A stretch of DNA of 64,000 nucleotides from a virus (Duplodnaviria > Caudoviricetes): the IMG/VR virus record IMGVR_UViG_3300034061_006011; one strand, given 5' to 3'. Made by a program: the position numbers and the translations under genes. Shown one piece after another: positions 37,944 to 47,966 of the stretch. The notes under the pieces are model-generated. The model was not told the origin of the DNA. It ran no database searches and was given only the letters and a program-made list of their open reading frames with translations. The stretch's first letter is position 1; every line of letters starts with the position of its first letter.

Positions 37944-38645
37944 TTATTCTTGTTCTTGTTTAAGTTGTTGTGAGTTATATTGTGCCCAGAGGAGTGGGCA
38001 ATTGGTTTTAATCCAATTTTGTACTCTTGCGATTTCATCAAGACGATTGTGCCAATGTGATTTCATATAATCATTATCTTGATCGAAGGTATGTCTTCCT
38101 CTGGCATATCTTTCTGCACGTTGTTCTCCTGAGTCATGGTTCTCCATTTCGGAGTATGCATTATTGATCTGATCTTCGAGGTACTTGATGAAGTTTAGAT
38201 TAACTTCAATCTCTCCGCACTTCCTTAGAAGTCTGAGTGTGGCATCTTCGAGCAACTTCCTTTCCTTTTCATTCTTAAGAAGAACGAAGTCAACCATTTG
38301 CATTAGTACAGCACGTCCGTCAATTTCGTGGTCGTTAGCCTCATCGAACTTTTCCTTCAGACTTTCAAAGTCTGTAATTTCTTGAAGATAAGCAATAATC
38401 TCAGGGACTTCGTTGCTGTTGTGGAAACGGAGTCCTCGGCTGAGACTTTTGATGACATCTTCGATGTTTGCTTCTTTTGTAATTGTTCTACAAGAGAAGT
38501 TCCCACTTTCTGGATCACCGTAATCATAATCTTCTACGATGAAGATTTGATGTTGAAATTTATCCTTAATCCTTTGAATTTCCTTGTTGATTGTCTCTTG
38601 ATGGATATTGCGCTCTTCGATAGTCATTTCAGGCATATTAGGCAT
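37944..38645 (-). CDS. early hypothetical protein
   Basis: 233-aa ORF in a full cassette. Confidence 0.7.
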   Translation of the reverse strand: MPNMPEMTIEERNIHQETINKEIQRIKDKFQHQIFIVEDYDYGDPESGNFSCRTITKEANIEDVIKSLSRGLRFHNSNEVPEIIAYLQEITDFESLKEKFDEANDHEIDGRAVLMQMVDFVLLKNEKERKLLEDATLRLLRKCGEIEVNLNFIKYLEDQINNAYSEMENHDSGEQRAERYARGRHTFDQDNDYMKSHWHNRLDEIARVQNWIKTNCPLLWAQYNSQQLKQEQE

Positions 38646-38818
38646 CTTGATACTCCTTTGGGTTACGAGAGCAAGCTGTTTGCTTTCGTGAGTGCATTGT
38701 AACAGGTATTTGGTTTGGTGTCAATGTTTTTTTTTGTTTTTTTTGGTGTTTGTATTTGCATAAAAAAACCCCCTTGGGTGTTATCCAAGGGGGTTGATAT
38801 GGTTGGTGTTGATATGTG

Positions 38819-39046
38819 TTATTCTTGTTTGAATAGGTCTTTGAAATGATCTTTGAATTTATCAAAGTCTTCCTGAGAGAGACTTGATTCCCAATATTGT
38901 CTATTGGGATTTTCCATTGTTTCTTCTACTTCTTCGACAAAATTTATGTCTTTTAGAAGTTTGCTTATAGCAAAGTTTTCTTTATCGAGATCAGTGATTT
39001 TGTTTTCATTCATGTATTGAATGAATTCTTCTTTCGTCCATTCCAT
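38819..39046 (-). CDS. early acidic hypothetical protein
   Basis: cassette, start moved to 39046. Confidence 0.65.
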   Translation of the reverse strand: MEWTKEEFIQYMNENKITDLDKENFAISKLLKDINFVEEVEETMENPNRQYWESSLSQEDFDKFKDHFKDLFKQE

Positions 39047-39119
39047 CTTGATACTCCATTGGTATGAAAGCAATCCATTTGCTTTCGTGGATGTATTGTA
39101 TCAGGTATTTGGTTTAGTG

Positions 39120-39299
39120 TCAATGTTTGTTTTTCATTTCGTTAAACTTTTGGTTTATAGAATTAGTTAGTTCTCTTTTGATTGCCATAATTTCCGTATG
39201 TGTTGCATTCTTAAGATGCTCTTTGAGCATGATAAGCAGCTTGTCGATGTGGCTTTGTATTTGGATAAGTTTAATATCCTGTTCAAGTGAATAAGGCAT
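39120..39299 (-). CDS. 59-aa helical protein, not in ORF track
   Basis: AGGAGG RBS; stop codon lies in the next -35 box. Confidence 0.6.
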   Translation of the reverse strand: MPYSLEQDIKLIQIQSHIDKLLIMLKEHLKNATHTEIMAIKRELTNSINQKFNEMKNKH

Positions 39300-39568
39300 G
39301 GGCGATCCTCCTGATATGAAAGAGTTGATTAGAAAAGTTTCTGTTCATACTTTCCATTCTATATTCTAACCTATTTTCTCTTGTTGTGTCAATACCTCTT
39401 ATTTTGGCTTATAGCTCATTTATTTCTTTCCTTGGGACTTCGGGTGATTATTAGAAGATAATCGTTTCTAGGTGGCGTTATGTAAAACTGTGAATGGGTT
39501 TATGTGATTGCATAAAAAAAACCCACACTGGTTTTTGCCAGTGTGGGCTTATGGTTTATTAAATTCGA

Positions 39569-40549
39569 TTAGTTAGCGACTTGGACGGCTAGGTCTAACG
39601 CCCGTTTGTTCATATTAGCTGATTGACCGAACCAGAGGGAGGTGTATCGGTTATCAGGGTTTCGTCCGGCGTTGTGAGAGAGGTGTTCGGTGACTGCGTT
39701 GTAAGCAGACCACCAAGTACCTTCAGCGAGGTCAGATCCTACGCCGACATAGGCGAGGTCGGTGATTTCTTTGACACGGTTGAAGGAGCGGGTTGACATT
39801 TCGCCATCGGTATTGACATCAACGTCAAGGACTTTGATGACATATTCGACGAGATCCTTGTGGTTAACGATTCTGCTTTTGGCGAGGAATCGGTATTGTT
39901 CCATGGTGGCTTGGAACTCAGAGTTTGCGAGAACCATAATTTCTCGAACTTTGTCGAGAACTTCGGTTTGTCGTTTGTGGTGCCGAATACGGAGGAGTTT
40001 AGATTCCGAATCGGATTTAGCTTGAGCTAATGTATTAGCACAAACTACACGGACTGGGGTGAAACCTGCACGGGTGGATTGAGTCCCGTCGAATGAAGTG
40101 GAAAGAAGGATATAGCGTTTAATCGCATCACCTTTAACGACTTCGGATTCTTCTTCATTAACTTTGCACATAGCAAAGATAACCCTACCTCCTTTGAGGA
40201 CACCGGCGGTTTCAAAAGTAGCTAGACCTGAGTCAACAACAGGTTGAAACCATTGAAGAGCTTCACTTGGTTGAATTGGTTCCCATTGTGGACCAACTGT
40301 GCCGAGGTAAGCTTGATCGACATCACGGAGAACGCCGAATGAATCTTCGGTTGGTGTAAATTCTCCGTTTTCGTCTTTGCGGTAGAGAGGGGATTTGTAA
40401 ACTCCCCAATCCATGTTTGCGGCTTTGAGGAAGGACAGATAATTCTTAGTATCATCTCCTTCTACTTTCTGACCGAGTGAGTGCCAACCGGGTTGACCGG
40501 CGAAGGCGAAAGAAGCGACATTATTCCTGTTTTCGATATCGTGTGCCAC
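39569..40549 (-). CDS. DUF932-family phage/plasmid protein
   Basis: MAHDIE...GQPGWHSLG, FETAGVLKGGR, LLSTSFDGT, TPVRVVCANTL, GTWWSAYNAVTE; GTG start at 40549. Confidence 0.85.
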   Translation of the reverse strand: MAHDIENRNNVASFAFAGQPGWHSLGQKVEGDDTKNYLSFLKAANMDWGVYKSPLYRKDENGEFTPTEDSFGVLRDVDQAYLGTVGPQWEPIQPSEALQWFQPVVDSGLATFETAGVLKGGRVIFAMCKVNEEESEVVKGDAIKRYILLSTSFDGTQSTRAGFTPVRVVCANTLAQAKSDSESKLLRIRHHKRQTEVLDKVREIMVLANSEFQATMEQYRFLAKSRIVNHKDLVEYVIKVLDVDVNTDGEMSTRSFNRVKEITDLAYVGVGSDLAEGTWWSAYNAVTEHLSHNAGRNPDNRYTSLWFGQSANMNKRALDLAVQVAN

Positions 40550-40671
40550 TGTCTGAATCTCCTTATAACTGTCGTTTCTGGGCGAAGTTGCCGTTGACGA
40601 CAGGTGTATTGTAGCGTGTTTCGGTCGTGGTGTCAAGTGTTTTTTTTTATTTTTTTGGGGTTTGTGGTTGT

Positions 40672-40914
40672 TTAATTTTTTGGGAATTTTGGGGTAATTT
40701 CTGGTGAAACGTGGATATCGTCCTTATCGTTGATGATATAGAACGATGCTGATATGGTCATTTTGTCTATGAAACCTTCTTCTTTTGTATAAACATTAAC
40801 ACGGAATCTGTTATCGAATATATTGATTACATTTACATGGGAGAAGTTTGGTGGAGTTCCCAGTTGATCTAATACAAAGTCAGCGATTTCATTATTTTCT
40901 TCCTTGACCTTCAT
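40672..40914 (-). CDS. early hypothetical protein
   Basis: INIFDNRFRVNVY; cassette. Confidence 0.65.
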   Translation of the reverse strand: MKVKEENNEIADFVLDQLGTPPNFSHVNVINIFDNRFRVNVYTKEEGFIDKMTISASFYIINDKDDIHVSPEITPKFPKN

Positions 40915-41003
40915 GCTAATCTCCTTTTGATATGGCGAAGTTGCCATGGTGTAATTGTATCTTGTTAGGTGTTAATTGTCAATAGATAAAATCTGAAATA
41001 AAA

Positions 41004-41336
41004 TTATTTTAGATTTGGGAAAATTCCATATTTTCTATCGCTGTGGATGGTAGCGGTGCCGTCATTTATAGCTTTCTGCATAATTTCTAGGCATTTATCT
41101 TTATCAAATTGTGGGTAATGGTGATATGGGTCAACTAGAATAGATTCTAGTGTAGTTTTCATTTCTATAAGTTCTTCGTAGCGGATATAGTCATCTTGGG
41201 ACTGGAAAGCTTCCATGAGAGCAATTCTTCTGATTGCTAGGGTATTTTCATGGAATGTGAAGTCAGTGTATCCCCAACCGTTTTTAGGAATCCAAGTTCT
41301 TAGACCTGTGGGGATGCTTTTATACTTTGTGGTCAT
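41004..41336 (-). CDS. early hypothetical protein
   Basis: cassette, start moved to 41336. Confidence 0.65.
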   Translation of the reverse strand: MTTKYKSIPTGLRTWIPKNGWGYTDFTFHENTLAIRRIALMEAFQSQDDYIRYEELIEMKTTLESILVDPYHHYPQFDKDKCLEIMQKAINDGTATIHSDRKYGIFPNLK

Positions 41337-41449
41337 TCTATAACTCCTTTTATATGGCGAAGTTGCCATGTGTTTATTGTATCGTGTTTATTTTTGTTTG
41401 TCAATAGGAAAAAAAACCCCAGTGATTTTGGTCACTGGGGTTTTGGGTT

Positions 41450-41596
41450 TTATTGTTCTTTTATAATTTTGGCGAGTTTAGCTGATCTGGTATTTTGTCG
41501 TTTTGTTTTTTTGTTATTATGGATACCTGCACCTGAGAGGTGTGGTTTATGTCCTGTTGATATGTTGAGGGTATCAATTTTACCTATGATCTTCAT
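41450..41596 (-). CDS. 48-aa basic protein (GHKPHLSGAGIH...KRQNTR), not in ORF track
   Basis: AAGGAG RBS; ends just before a terminator. Confidence 0.6.
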   Translation of the reverse strand: MKIIGKIDTLNISTGHKPHLSGAGIHNNKKTKRQNTRSAKLAKIIKEQ

Positions 41597-41922
41597 ATAA
41601 CTCCTTTCAATTTATATTCTTCTAGTGTTAGAAGACTTTGTTCATCCCAATTTTTTGGGAAGTTATCTTCTACTTTATTTACGAATTCTTGATGATTTTC
41701 GTCATTATCATCATATACTAGGCGTACAGAGTAATAGTAACCGAAATCATGTGGGTTACTTTTGATTGTGTAATATACGCCTTCTGGTTTTGGGAATTGT
41801 CTTTCTAGTTGTTTAATTAGAGTTTTTGCTTCTAATTTTGCCATAATTGAGTCATAGTTTGGTCCTAATTGTTGGCAATTTTCTTCATATGGGGTTGTTT
41901 CAAATTCGTAATAGTCAGACAT
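41593..41922 (-). CDS. acidic phage protein
   Basis: TPYEENCQQLG...NPHDFGYYYSV. Confidence 0.7.
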   Translation of the reverse strand: MSDYYEFETTPYEENCQQLGPNYDSIMAKLEAKTLIKQLERQFPKPEGVYYTIKSNPHDFGYYYSVRLVYDDNDENHQEFVNKVEDNFPKNWDEQSLLTLEEYKLKGVI

Positions 41923-42001
41923 TGTGATACTCCTAATTGGTTATCAGCAATCCGTTTGCTGATAAGGGTATTGTAGCGCAGATTAGAGAGTTTGTCAATG
42001 T

Positions 42002-42226
42002 TTAATTCATTTTATTTACGAATCTTTTCCATCGTTTTCTGTAATTTTTATCAGATTCTGTCTCTTTTGAGACATTTTGCTTGCAGTTTGGGCAAGCTGA
42101 GTAATTGCTTGTTTGGTTTAATGGATTATAGGAGCCGTTGAATGGATTATGGGAGCCGATGAGATTTTCCCGGCAGAGGGAGCATTCTTGATAGATCGTT
42201 TGATAAATACTAAGTCTTAATTGCAT
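42002..42226 (-). CDS. Zn-ribbon protein; paralog of 43450-43662
   Basis: CSLC...CPNC, shared C-terminus. Confidence 0.65.
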   Translation of the reverse strand: MQLRLSIYQTIYQECSLCRENLIGSHNPFNGSYNPLNQTSNYSACPNCKQNVSKETESDKNYRKRWKRFVNKMN

Positions 42227-42282
42227 TGTGTGATACTCCTAATTGTGGAAATGGAAAAGGGGGAGGGCGTGTCTCTTCAGGT

Positions 42283-42597
42283 CTAATCAACAATTGGTTG
42301 CTGATCGATAATCCTGTGAATCTCTGTGGAATCATATGAACATATCCTAGATATGAAACCTTGCAGTTCTACCAAAGAATATATCTTTGGTTCTTCTTCT
42401 TTAGTTGATAATTCATTCCATGTGTGTACTCGGAATTGATAACAATCACCATCATTGGCAATTCTTTCTATCTTCTCGATAGAATAATTTTGACTGTCCC
42501 CAATATCAGCATTGGGGTTGTTTTCAATATTCTGCTTGAGAATATCCAGTTTGCTTTCCAACAAAGCAATTGCCAACTTGTGTGCAAAGTTATACAT
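42283..42597 (-). CDS. early hypothetical protein
   Basis: cassette with promoter and hairpin. Confidence 0.65.
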   Translation of the reverse strand: MYNFAHKLAIALLESKLDILKQNIENNPNADIGDSQNYSIEKIERIANDGDCYQFRVHTWNELSTKEEEPKIYSLVELQGFISRICSYDSTEIHRIIDQQPIVD

Positions 42598-42785
42598 CTC
42601 ACATACTCCTTCTTATCGGCAGCCATTGCTGACAATGTATCATAGGTAGTTGAACGTAGATAAGTCAACTTTTGTGTTTACCTAATTTTGTTTATTTCTT
42701 TAATAATTTCTTGGATAAGAAGGGGGGGAGAATGTGTCTTGAAGCACTCTCCCCCCCCTATTAGCACCTTGTTGGTGCTAATATA

Positions 42786-43139
42786 TCAAATTTCTTCTGC
42801 TGGTAGCTTGTCGATGCATTCTTGGACAAAAGTTTCTCGTACACCGATTTCTCGGCAGACTTCTTTGATTGTTTGTTCGAGGTTTGGATTATCAACCAAA
42901 ACTCCTGCCCTGTGATTCTTTTCGCCTTGCCATTTGGTATCATGTCCAGCGGAAACTAAAAAGGTGTTTGTTCCCTTCTTCTTACGGATGCGAAGCCACC
43001 AGTCACGGGATGCTTGGCATTCGTACTCTCCTTCCCAACCTTTGTGGAACAGGATTACATCCCATTCGTTTTTATTGATTTTGACAGGTCTTCTGCCTGT
43101 CATGGTAACTGTGAGGCTATTGTCGTTCTTGGTAGTCAT
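42786..43139 (-). CDS. early hypothetical protein; paralog of 43763-44125
   Basis: shared KNDxSLTxTMTxRxPVK, EYECQA, CIxxLPAEEI. Confidence 0.7.
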   Translation of the reverse strand: MTTKNDNSLTVTMTGRRPVKINKNEWDVILFHKGWEGEYECQASRDWWLRIRKKKGTNTFLVSAGHDTKWQGEKNHRAGVLVDNPNLEQTIKEVCREIGVRETFVQECIDKLPAEEI

Positions 43140-43240
43140 TTTAAGAATTCCTAACGTGAGTGATATTGGTCACTCGTCCATATCCCGGCGGGGCACACCG
43201 CTTGGGGAGAGTTTTAACCTGTGCCGGTGGTTTGGGTGGC

Positions 43241-43390
43241 TTAGACTGCGTTAAGCATCATCTTTGCCATTGTGGACAATTTGTGTTTGGCTTGGACTAA
43301 GGAATTCTCTAAGAATTCCTTATTGTTTTGCAAGTCTTTAATATCCGTTTTCAGTTTATGTTCTTCCTTTTTGAGTTGTATAATTAGCTT
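43241..43390 (-). pseudogene. 3' fragment of the 44232-44558 gene fused to a promoter copy
   Basis: last 44 aa nearly identical to 44232 ORF; no RBS or true start. Confidence 0.75.
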
Positions 43391-43449
43391 GAAAGCAATC
43401 CGTTTACTGATAAGGGTATTGTAGCGCAGATTAGAGAGTTTGTCAATGT

Positions 43450-43662
43450 TTAATTTGTTTTGTTTACGAATCTTTTCCATCGTTTTCTGTAATTTTTATC
43501 AGATTGTGTCTCTTTTGAGACTTCTTGTCTGCAATTGGGGCACATATTGTATTTGTTTGCTATTCCGTGGAATATTACATCGAAGCTTTTTGCTTCTGGT
43601 GAATTGATATCATTGTCTCTGCAAAGACTGCATTCTAGATCTAGGCTCATTTCTAAATACAT
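43450..43662 (-). CDS. Zn-ribbon protein
   Basis: CSLC...CPNC; start after AGGAG. Confidence 0.65.
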   Translation of the reverse strand: MYLEMSLDLECSLCRDNDINSPEAKSFDVIFHGIANKYNMCPNCRQEVSKETQSDKNYRKRWKRFVNKTN

Positions 43663-43762
43663 TTGTGTACTCCTAATTGTGTAAATGCAAAAAAAGGGGG
43701 AGAGTGTGTCTTGAAGCACTCTCCCCCTATTAGCACCAACGAGGTGCTAATATATCGTTGTA

Positions 43763-44125
43763 TCAGATTTCTTCAGCAGGTAGATCTGCGATACAGGATT
43801 GAGCTAATGAATCGCTTCCGTTGATCTGTTCAACGATATCTTTTATAGCTTGGGGTGCATCATTGATATTGTCAATAATGACACCAGCAGAGATGGTATC
43901 TTCTCCACTCCAACCGGAGTAGAAAGATCCGTATACGACACATCGATCATCGCCATCCCTTTGACATTGGCGAACAGACACTTTCCATGTTCTGTTTGCC
44001 TGACATTCATACTCATTGTCCCAATCTTTGGCTTGGGCAACTAATGTCCAAACCTTTTTGCTTACTTTGACAGGTGGACGGTCTGTCATTGTGATAGTAA
44101 GACTATCGTTCTTTACTTCTGTCAT
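43763..44125 (-). CDS. early hypothetical protein
   Basis: paralog of 42786-43139. Confidence 0.7.
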   Translation of the reverse strand: MTEVKNDSLTITMTDRPPVKVSKKVWTLVAQAKDWDNEYECQANRTWKVSVRQCQRDGDDRCVVYGSFYSGWSGEDTISAGVIIDNINDAPQAIKDIVEQINGSDSLAQSCIADLPAEEI

Positions 44126-44231
44126 TGTCGTTCTCGCATGGTTTGGTGATAGAATCGTCACCTGTCGATTGTCCGTCAGGGCACACTGATTGGGACTGGA
44201 TTTAACCTGTGCCGGTGAATTGGTTGGCTTA

Positions 44232-44558
44232 TCAGACTGCGTTAAGCATCATCTTTGCCATTGTGGACAATTTCTGTTTGGCTTGGATCAAAGAATTCTC
44301 TAGGAATTCTTTGTTGTTTTGCAAGTCTTTAATATCATTTTTAAGTTTATGTTCTTCCTTTTTAAGTTGTATAATTTCTTTATTTAGGTCCATTTTGGAC
44401 TGCATCATTTCCCAAAATGGGATTATGCACATATCATTTTGGATAGCGTTGACGATCATTGGCAATACATCTTTGAAGATATCTTGCAGATAACCGTCTG
44501 GAAGATTGCCACAAAAATTTGTAATCTTGTTAATTTCGTTTGACTTCTCAATATTCAT
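44232..44558 (-). CDS. coiled-coil early protein
   Basis: cassette; heptad C-terminus. Confidence 0.7.
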   Translation of the reverse strand: MNIEKSNEINKITNFCGNLPDGYLQDIFKDVLPMIVNAIQNDMCIIPFWEMMQSKMDLNKEIIQLKKEEHKLKNDIKDLQNNKEFLENSLIQAKQKLSTMAKMMLNAV

Positions 44559-44643
44559 CTTGATACTCCTTTGGGATTACGAGAGCAATCCATTTGCTTT
44601 CGTGAGTGTATTGTAACAGATCTTTTATGATTTGTCAAGGGAA

Positions 44644-44823
44644 TTATCCGTTGATATTGTTTTTGTTATGATCTAAGACATACCAATCGTGACGATTGGG
44701 GTAATCGTCGTTGATTAGTTCTTCTGCAAAGGTCATAGCGTCTTTGTCATTATATGTTTCAAATTCGTCTACGATATCCCATTCCCCTGATTCCCGAACG
44801 AAGGCAACATGATACTTTTTCAT
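44644..44823 (-). CDS. small acidic protein
   Basis: start moved to 44823. Confidence 0.6.
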   Translation of the reverse strand: MKKYHVAFVRESGEWDIVDEFETYNDKDAMTFAEELINDDYPNRHDWYVLDHNKNNING

Positions 44824-44824
44824 A

Positions 44825-45025
44825 TTATACTTTCTCAACAATGAACTTATTTTGGGCGAAATTATAGTGAAAGTATACTTTTTGGTTATGAAATAAGCCG
44901 ATACCTGAAGTACCATTAGTGGTACTGGAGAGAATTTTGAATTTAGGAATGTTTTGATACTTTGTATGAGGAACTGGTTCTTTTGTGTGATTGATACTTA
45001 GCAATTCTTCTAACTGTGTGAGCAT
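44825..45025 (-). CDS. early hypothetical protein
   Basis: hairpin and AAGGAG upstream. Confidence 0.55.
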   Translation of the reverse strand: MLTQLEELLSINHTKEPVPHTKYQNIPKFKILSSTTNGTSGIGLFHNQKVYFHYNFAQNKFIVEKV

Positions 45026-45079
45026 CTTATTCTCCTTAGTGCTTGCCAGCAGTTGTTGCTGGCAAGCGTGTTATAGGGA

Positions 45080-45286
45080 TTAGTTCCTTAGAAGCGGGAA
45101 TGAAATGCCTCGGATTACGAGTTTTCCGTCTTTTCTTCGGACAACTTTGGTTTGATTGTCCACTCGGAAAATTTCTGTTGCTTCGCCCAAGCGAGCGATA
45201 GCTGCTGGGAGTTGGGAATCTAATACTTTCTCCCACTCACCGGTTTGTGGGTTTACTGCGATGATTGGCTGATTGGGATTGTCCAC
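45080..45286 (-). CDS. early hypothetical protein
   Basis: cassette. Confidence 0.6.
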   Translation of the reverse strand: MDNPNQPIIAVNPQTGEWEKVLDSQLPAAIARLGEATEIFRVDNQTKVVRRKDGKLVIRGISFPLLRN

Positions 45287-45413
45287 TTTTCTCTCCTTGT
45301 GTTTATCAGCAACAGTTGCTGATAAGTGTATTGTAACAGGGGTTAGGGGTTATTGTCAATAGTAAAAACCTAATACTCATGTTTTTTGTGCATAGGTATT
45401 AGGAAAGTATAAA

Positions 45414-45605
45414 TTATACTTGGTCAAGTCCTGCCGAGGAGCTTAATCGTTCCCTTAATTCAATAACCTCATTTTCGTGAATCGAACTATCCTCAAACAC
45501 ATACTCATCATCCTCACCATACAAATAATCATCAACATTAGAACTCAAGACGCTTAAGGCGAATTGAATAATCCTGTACTCTTTATCACTCAGAGTAATA
45601 TTCAT
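45414..45605 (-). CDS. small acidic protein
   Basis: start moved to 45605. Confidence 0.6.
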   Translation of the reverse strand: MNITLSDKEYRIIQFALSVLSSNVDDYLYGEDDEYVFEDSSIHENEVIELRERLSSSAGLDQV

Positions 45606-45685
45606 GACACACTCCTTAGTGCTTGCCAGCAGTTGTTGCTGGCAAGCGTATTGTAACATATCGACGTTGATATGTCAAGTTTTGG

Positions 45686-45994
45686 TTAATCAGGTGTTAT
45701 TACACTTCCGATATCTGTTCGCACCTTTTCTTTTCTTCCATTTATTATAATAGTTTTATGTGGCATATTGTCACTGTCACAAGGTACGTTTTGATATAGA
45801 CCTTTCTTAGCAAGGCTACCTAATATTCCTGCGAATGAATTAGGTGTAATGTTATGTTGTTTACATTCCTTTAATGTTTCTGGCAGACCAGTTTGACCAT
45901 CAGACCCGTCAGGCTCGATACCAGAAGCGAAGATATTGGCAACAAGTGCCTTGTAGACGATCTCTTCTAACACTGTCAATTGTACATCTGCCAT
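45686..45994 (-). CDS. possible winged-helix protein
   Basis: FAGILGSLAKKGLY helix-wing pattern. Confidence 0.55.
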   Translation of the reverse strand: MADVQLTVLEEIVYKALVANIFASGIEPDGSDGQTGLPETLKECKQHNITPNSFAGILGSLAKKGLYQNVPCDSDNMPHKTIIINGRKEKVRTDIGSVITPD

Positions 45995-46134
45995 GTCTGA
46001 TTCTCCTTATTGTTTATCAGCAACTGTTGCTGATAAGTGTATTGTAACAGGGGTTAGGGGTTATTGTCAATAGTAAAAGCCTAATACCCATGTTTTTTGT
46101 GCATGGGTATTAGGAAAGTATAAATGGATATGTT

Positions 46135-46446
46135 TTAGACTGGTATAAGATATGTGAACACTTCGATGTGTGCCTGATTTTTTTCTATTGCTTCTTCTAC
46201 TATTTGCAGTGCTTTTTGTTCATCGAACGATGGGAATTTAGTATTATCCATTCGGATTTTTTTATTTTTCACGTTAGTAATGGTGATATGTTGTCCGATT
46301 ATTTTGTGATATTTTTCATTCATGATTATTCTTTCTGACTCTCTGTGGCAGATGAGTTTTTCGGAAGCATCATGATGAAAATAGTGGTAATTCCATCCAT
46401 CTTTAATGATGCAGCAAGTGGTTGACGTTGGTGAAATAGTAACCAT
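46135..46446 (-). CDS. early hypothetical protein
   Basis: cassette. Confidence 0.6.
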   Translation of the reverse strand: MVTISPTSTTCCIIKDGWNYHYFHHDASEKLICHRESERIIMNEKYHKIIGQHITITNVKNKKIRMDNTKFPSFDEQKALQIVEEAIEKNQAHIEVFTYLIPV

Positions 46447-46529
46447 GTCTGATTCTCCTTATTGTTTATCAGCAATCCATTTGCTGACGGATGTATTGTA
46501 ACAGGGGTTAGGGGTTATTGTCAAGGGGA

Positions 46530-46760
46530 TTACTGAATGCTATGTTTGTTATTCATTCTTATCTCCTTGATTATCTCTTGGAGAATAGGAATAAGTGCCA
46601 TATTCCTGCATAGCACTTGATTGTCTTCATCAAGTGCAGATTGTTTTTCAATTATTTCTTCTAAAAGTTTAATATCTTCCTTTCCTCCTAATACGGAAAG
46701 TGTAAGTACACTTTGAAGAATTTGCTGAATAGCAAATGTTGTTGATCTCATTAAGTTCAT
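46530..46760 (-). CDS. early helical protein
   Basis: start moved to 46760. Confidence 0.6.
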   Translation of the reverse strand: MNLMRSTTFAIQQILQSVLTLSVLGGKEDIKLLEEIIEKQSALDEDNQVLCRNMALIPILQEIIKEIRMNNKHSIQ

Positions 46761-46896
46761 TTCATTACTCTCCTTGTTGTTTGTCAGCAAGCCATTTGCT
46801 GACGAATGTATTGTATCATATCGCTGTTGATATGTCAAGTGATAAAAACCTAATACCCATGTTTTTTAGGCATGGGTATTAGGAAAGTATAATACT

Positions 46897-47331
46897 TCAG
46901 GCATCGCTGTCATAGTGTCCATTATCATCGGGATAAACATAATAATCAAAATCTGGTAATTCTCTCTCCTTTATTCTCTTTTCATAATGGTCAAATATTT
47001 TTTGTCCTATTTCATTGGGGACCGGAATTTCATAATCGTCCTTAAACCTAATTACTACATTCTTGAGATACCTTTCGTCGTCACTGCATTCGGGGTTGCA
47101 GTCTTCTGGTTCTCCATAGATCCGTGCAGGTTCATAATATCCACTGCACATATATTCTATTGTTAAATCAAACTCTAAATTACCAACTAATGGTTTTAGA
47201 TATTTATTTAACCAAATTGGTAAAAGTTCTCGTTCTATTTCTACAATATCTCCTCCGTGTGGGTCTGATCCACATTGTAATACCAGAAAATCTGGTATTT
47301 TATTCCAACTGACAGTTCTGGATCTGTTCAT
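46897..47331 (-). CDS. acidic phage protein
   Basis: SGYYEPARIYGEPEDCNPE motif. Confidence 0.65.
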   Translation of the reverse strand: MNRSRTVSWNKIPDFLVLQCGSDPHGGDIVEIERELLPIWLNKYLKPLVGNLEFDLTIEYMCSGYYEPARIYGEPEDCNPECSDDERYLKNVVIRFKDDYEIPVPNEIGQKIFDHYEKRIKERELPDFDYYVYPDDNGHYDSDA

Positions 47332-47332
47332 T

Positions 47333-47851
47333 TCACACACTCCTTTTGATTTTGGCACCAGTCAAGTTGGCACCAGTCAAGTCAATGTCACTGTTGACAC
47401 CAGTTAAGTCCAAGTTTGCATTAGTCAAATTTGCACCATTTAAGTTAGTAAACCTAAAGTAGGCACCAGTCAATTCGGCACCTCTTAGGTTGCAATTTGA
47501 CAAGTCGGCTTTACCTAAAACAGTGTCACTCAAGTCTGCATTAGTCAAATTTGCACCATTTAAATTAGCAAAACTCAAGTTTGCATTAGTCAAATTGGCA
47601 CTTCTTAGGTTGCAATTTGACAAGTTGGCACCAGTTAAGTTGGCACCAACCAAATCAGCATAACTCAAATTAGCGTTACTCAAATCAGCATCAAACAAAT
47701 TGGCACCAGTCAATTTGGTAAAACTCAAGTTAGCATTACGCAAATCAGCAAACTTCAAATTTTCATATGTCAGGTCAGACCTGTCTAAACTTTCATAATG
47801 TGTCTGGTTGACGTAGATGACATCACCATTAATGTTCTTAATCTCGATCAT
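47333..47851 (-). CDS. pentapeptide-repeat protein
   Basis: about 25 A(D/N)Lxx repeats. Confidence 0.93.
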   Translation of the reverse strand: MIEIKNINGDVIYVNQTHYESLDRSDLTYENLKFADLRNANLSFTKLTGANLFDADLSNANLSYADLVGANLTGANLSNCNLRSANLTNANLSFANLNGANLTNADLSDTVLGKADLSNCNLRGAELTGAYFRFTNLNGANLTNANLDLTGVNSDIDLTGANLTGAKIKRSV

Positions 47852-47966
47852 TTCACACTCTCCTTTGGGTAAAACATGAAAAAAAGTATCTGGATTAGGG
47901 GAAGAAACCTAATACCCATGTTTTTTATGCATGGGTATTAGGAATTCCTAAATGGATATGTGGATA

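Noticed and set aside
37856-38865. Paralogous ORFs 37856-38041 and 38638-38865
   Set aside because: They are translations of the repeated terminator/promoter DNA, have no RBS and overlap real cassettes.
43140-44230. Twister, pistol, HDV-like ribozyme or c-di-GMP riboswitch
   Set aside because: Only fragments resemble them (UUAAA, CCCAA, GCACAGG). Required helices and core nucleotides are missing.
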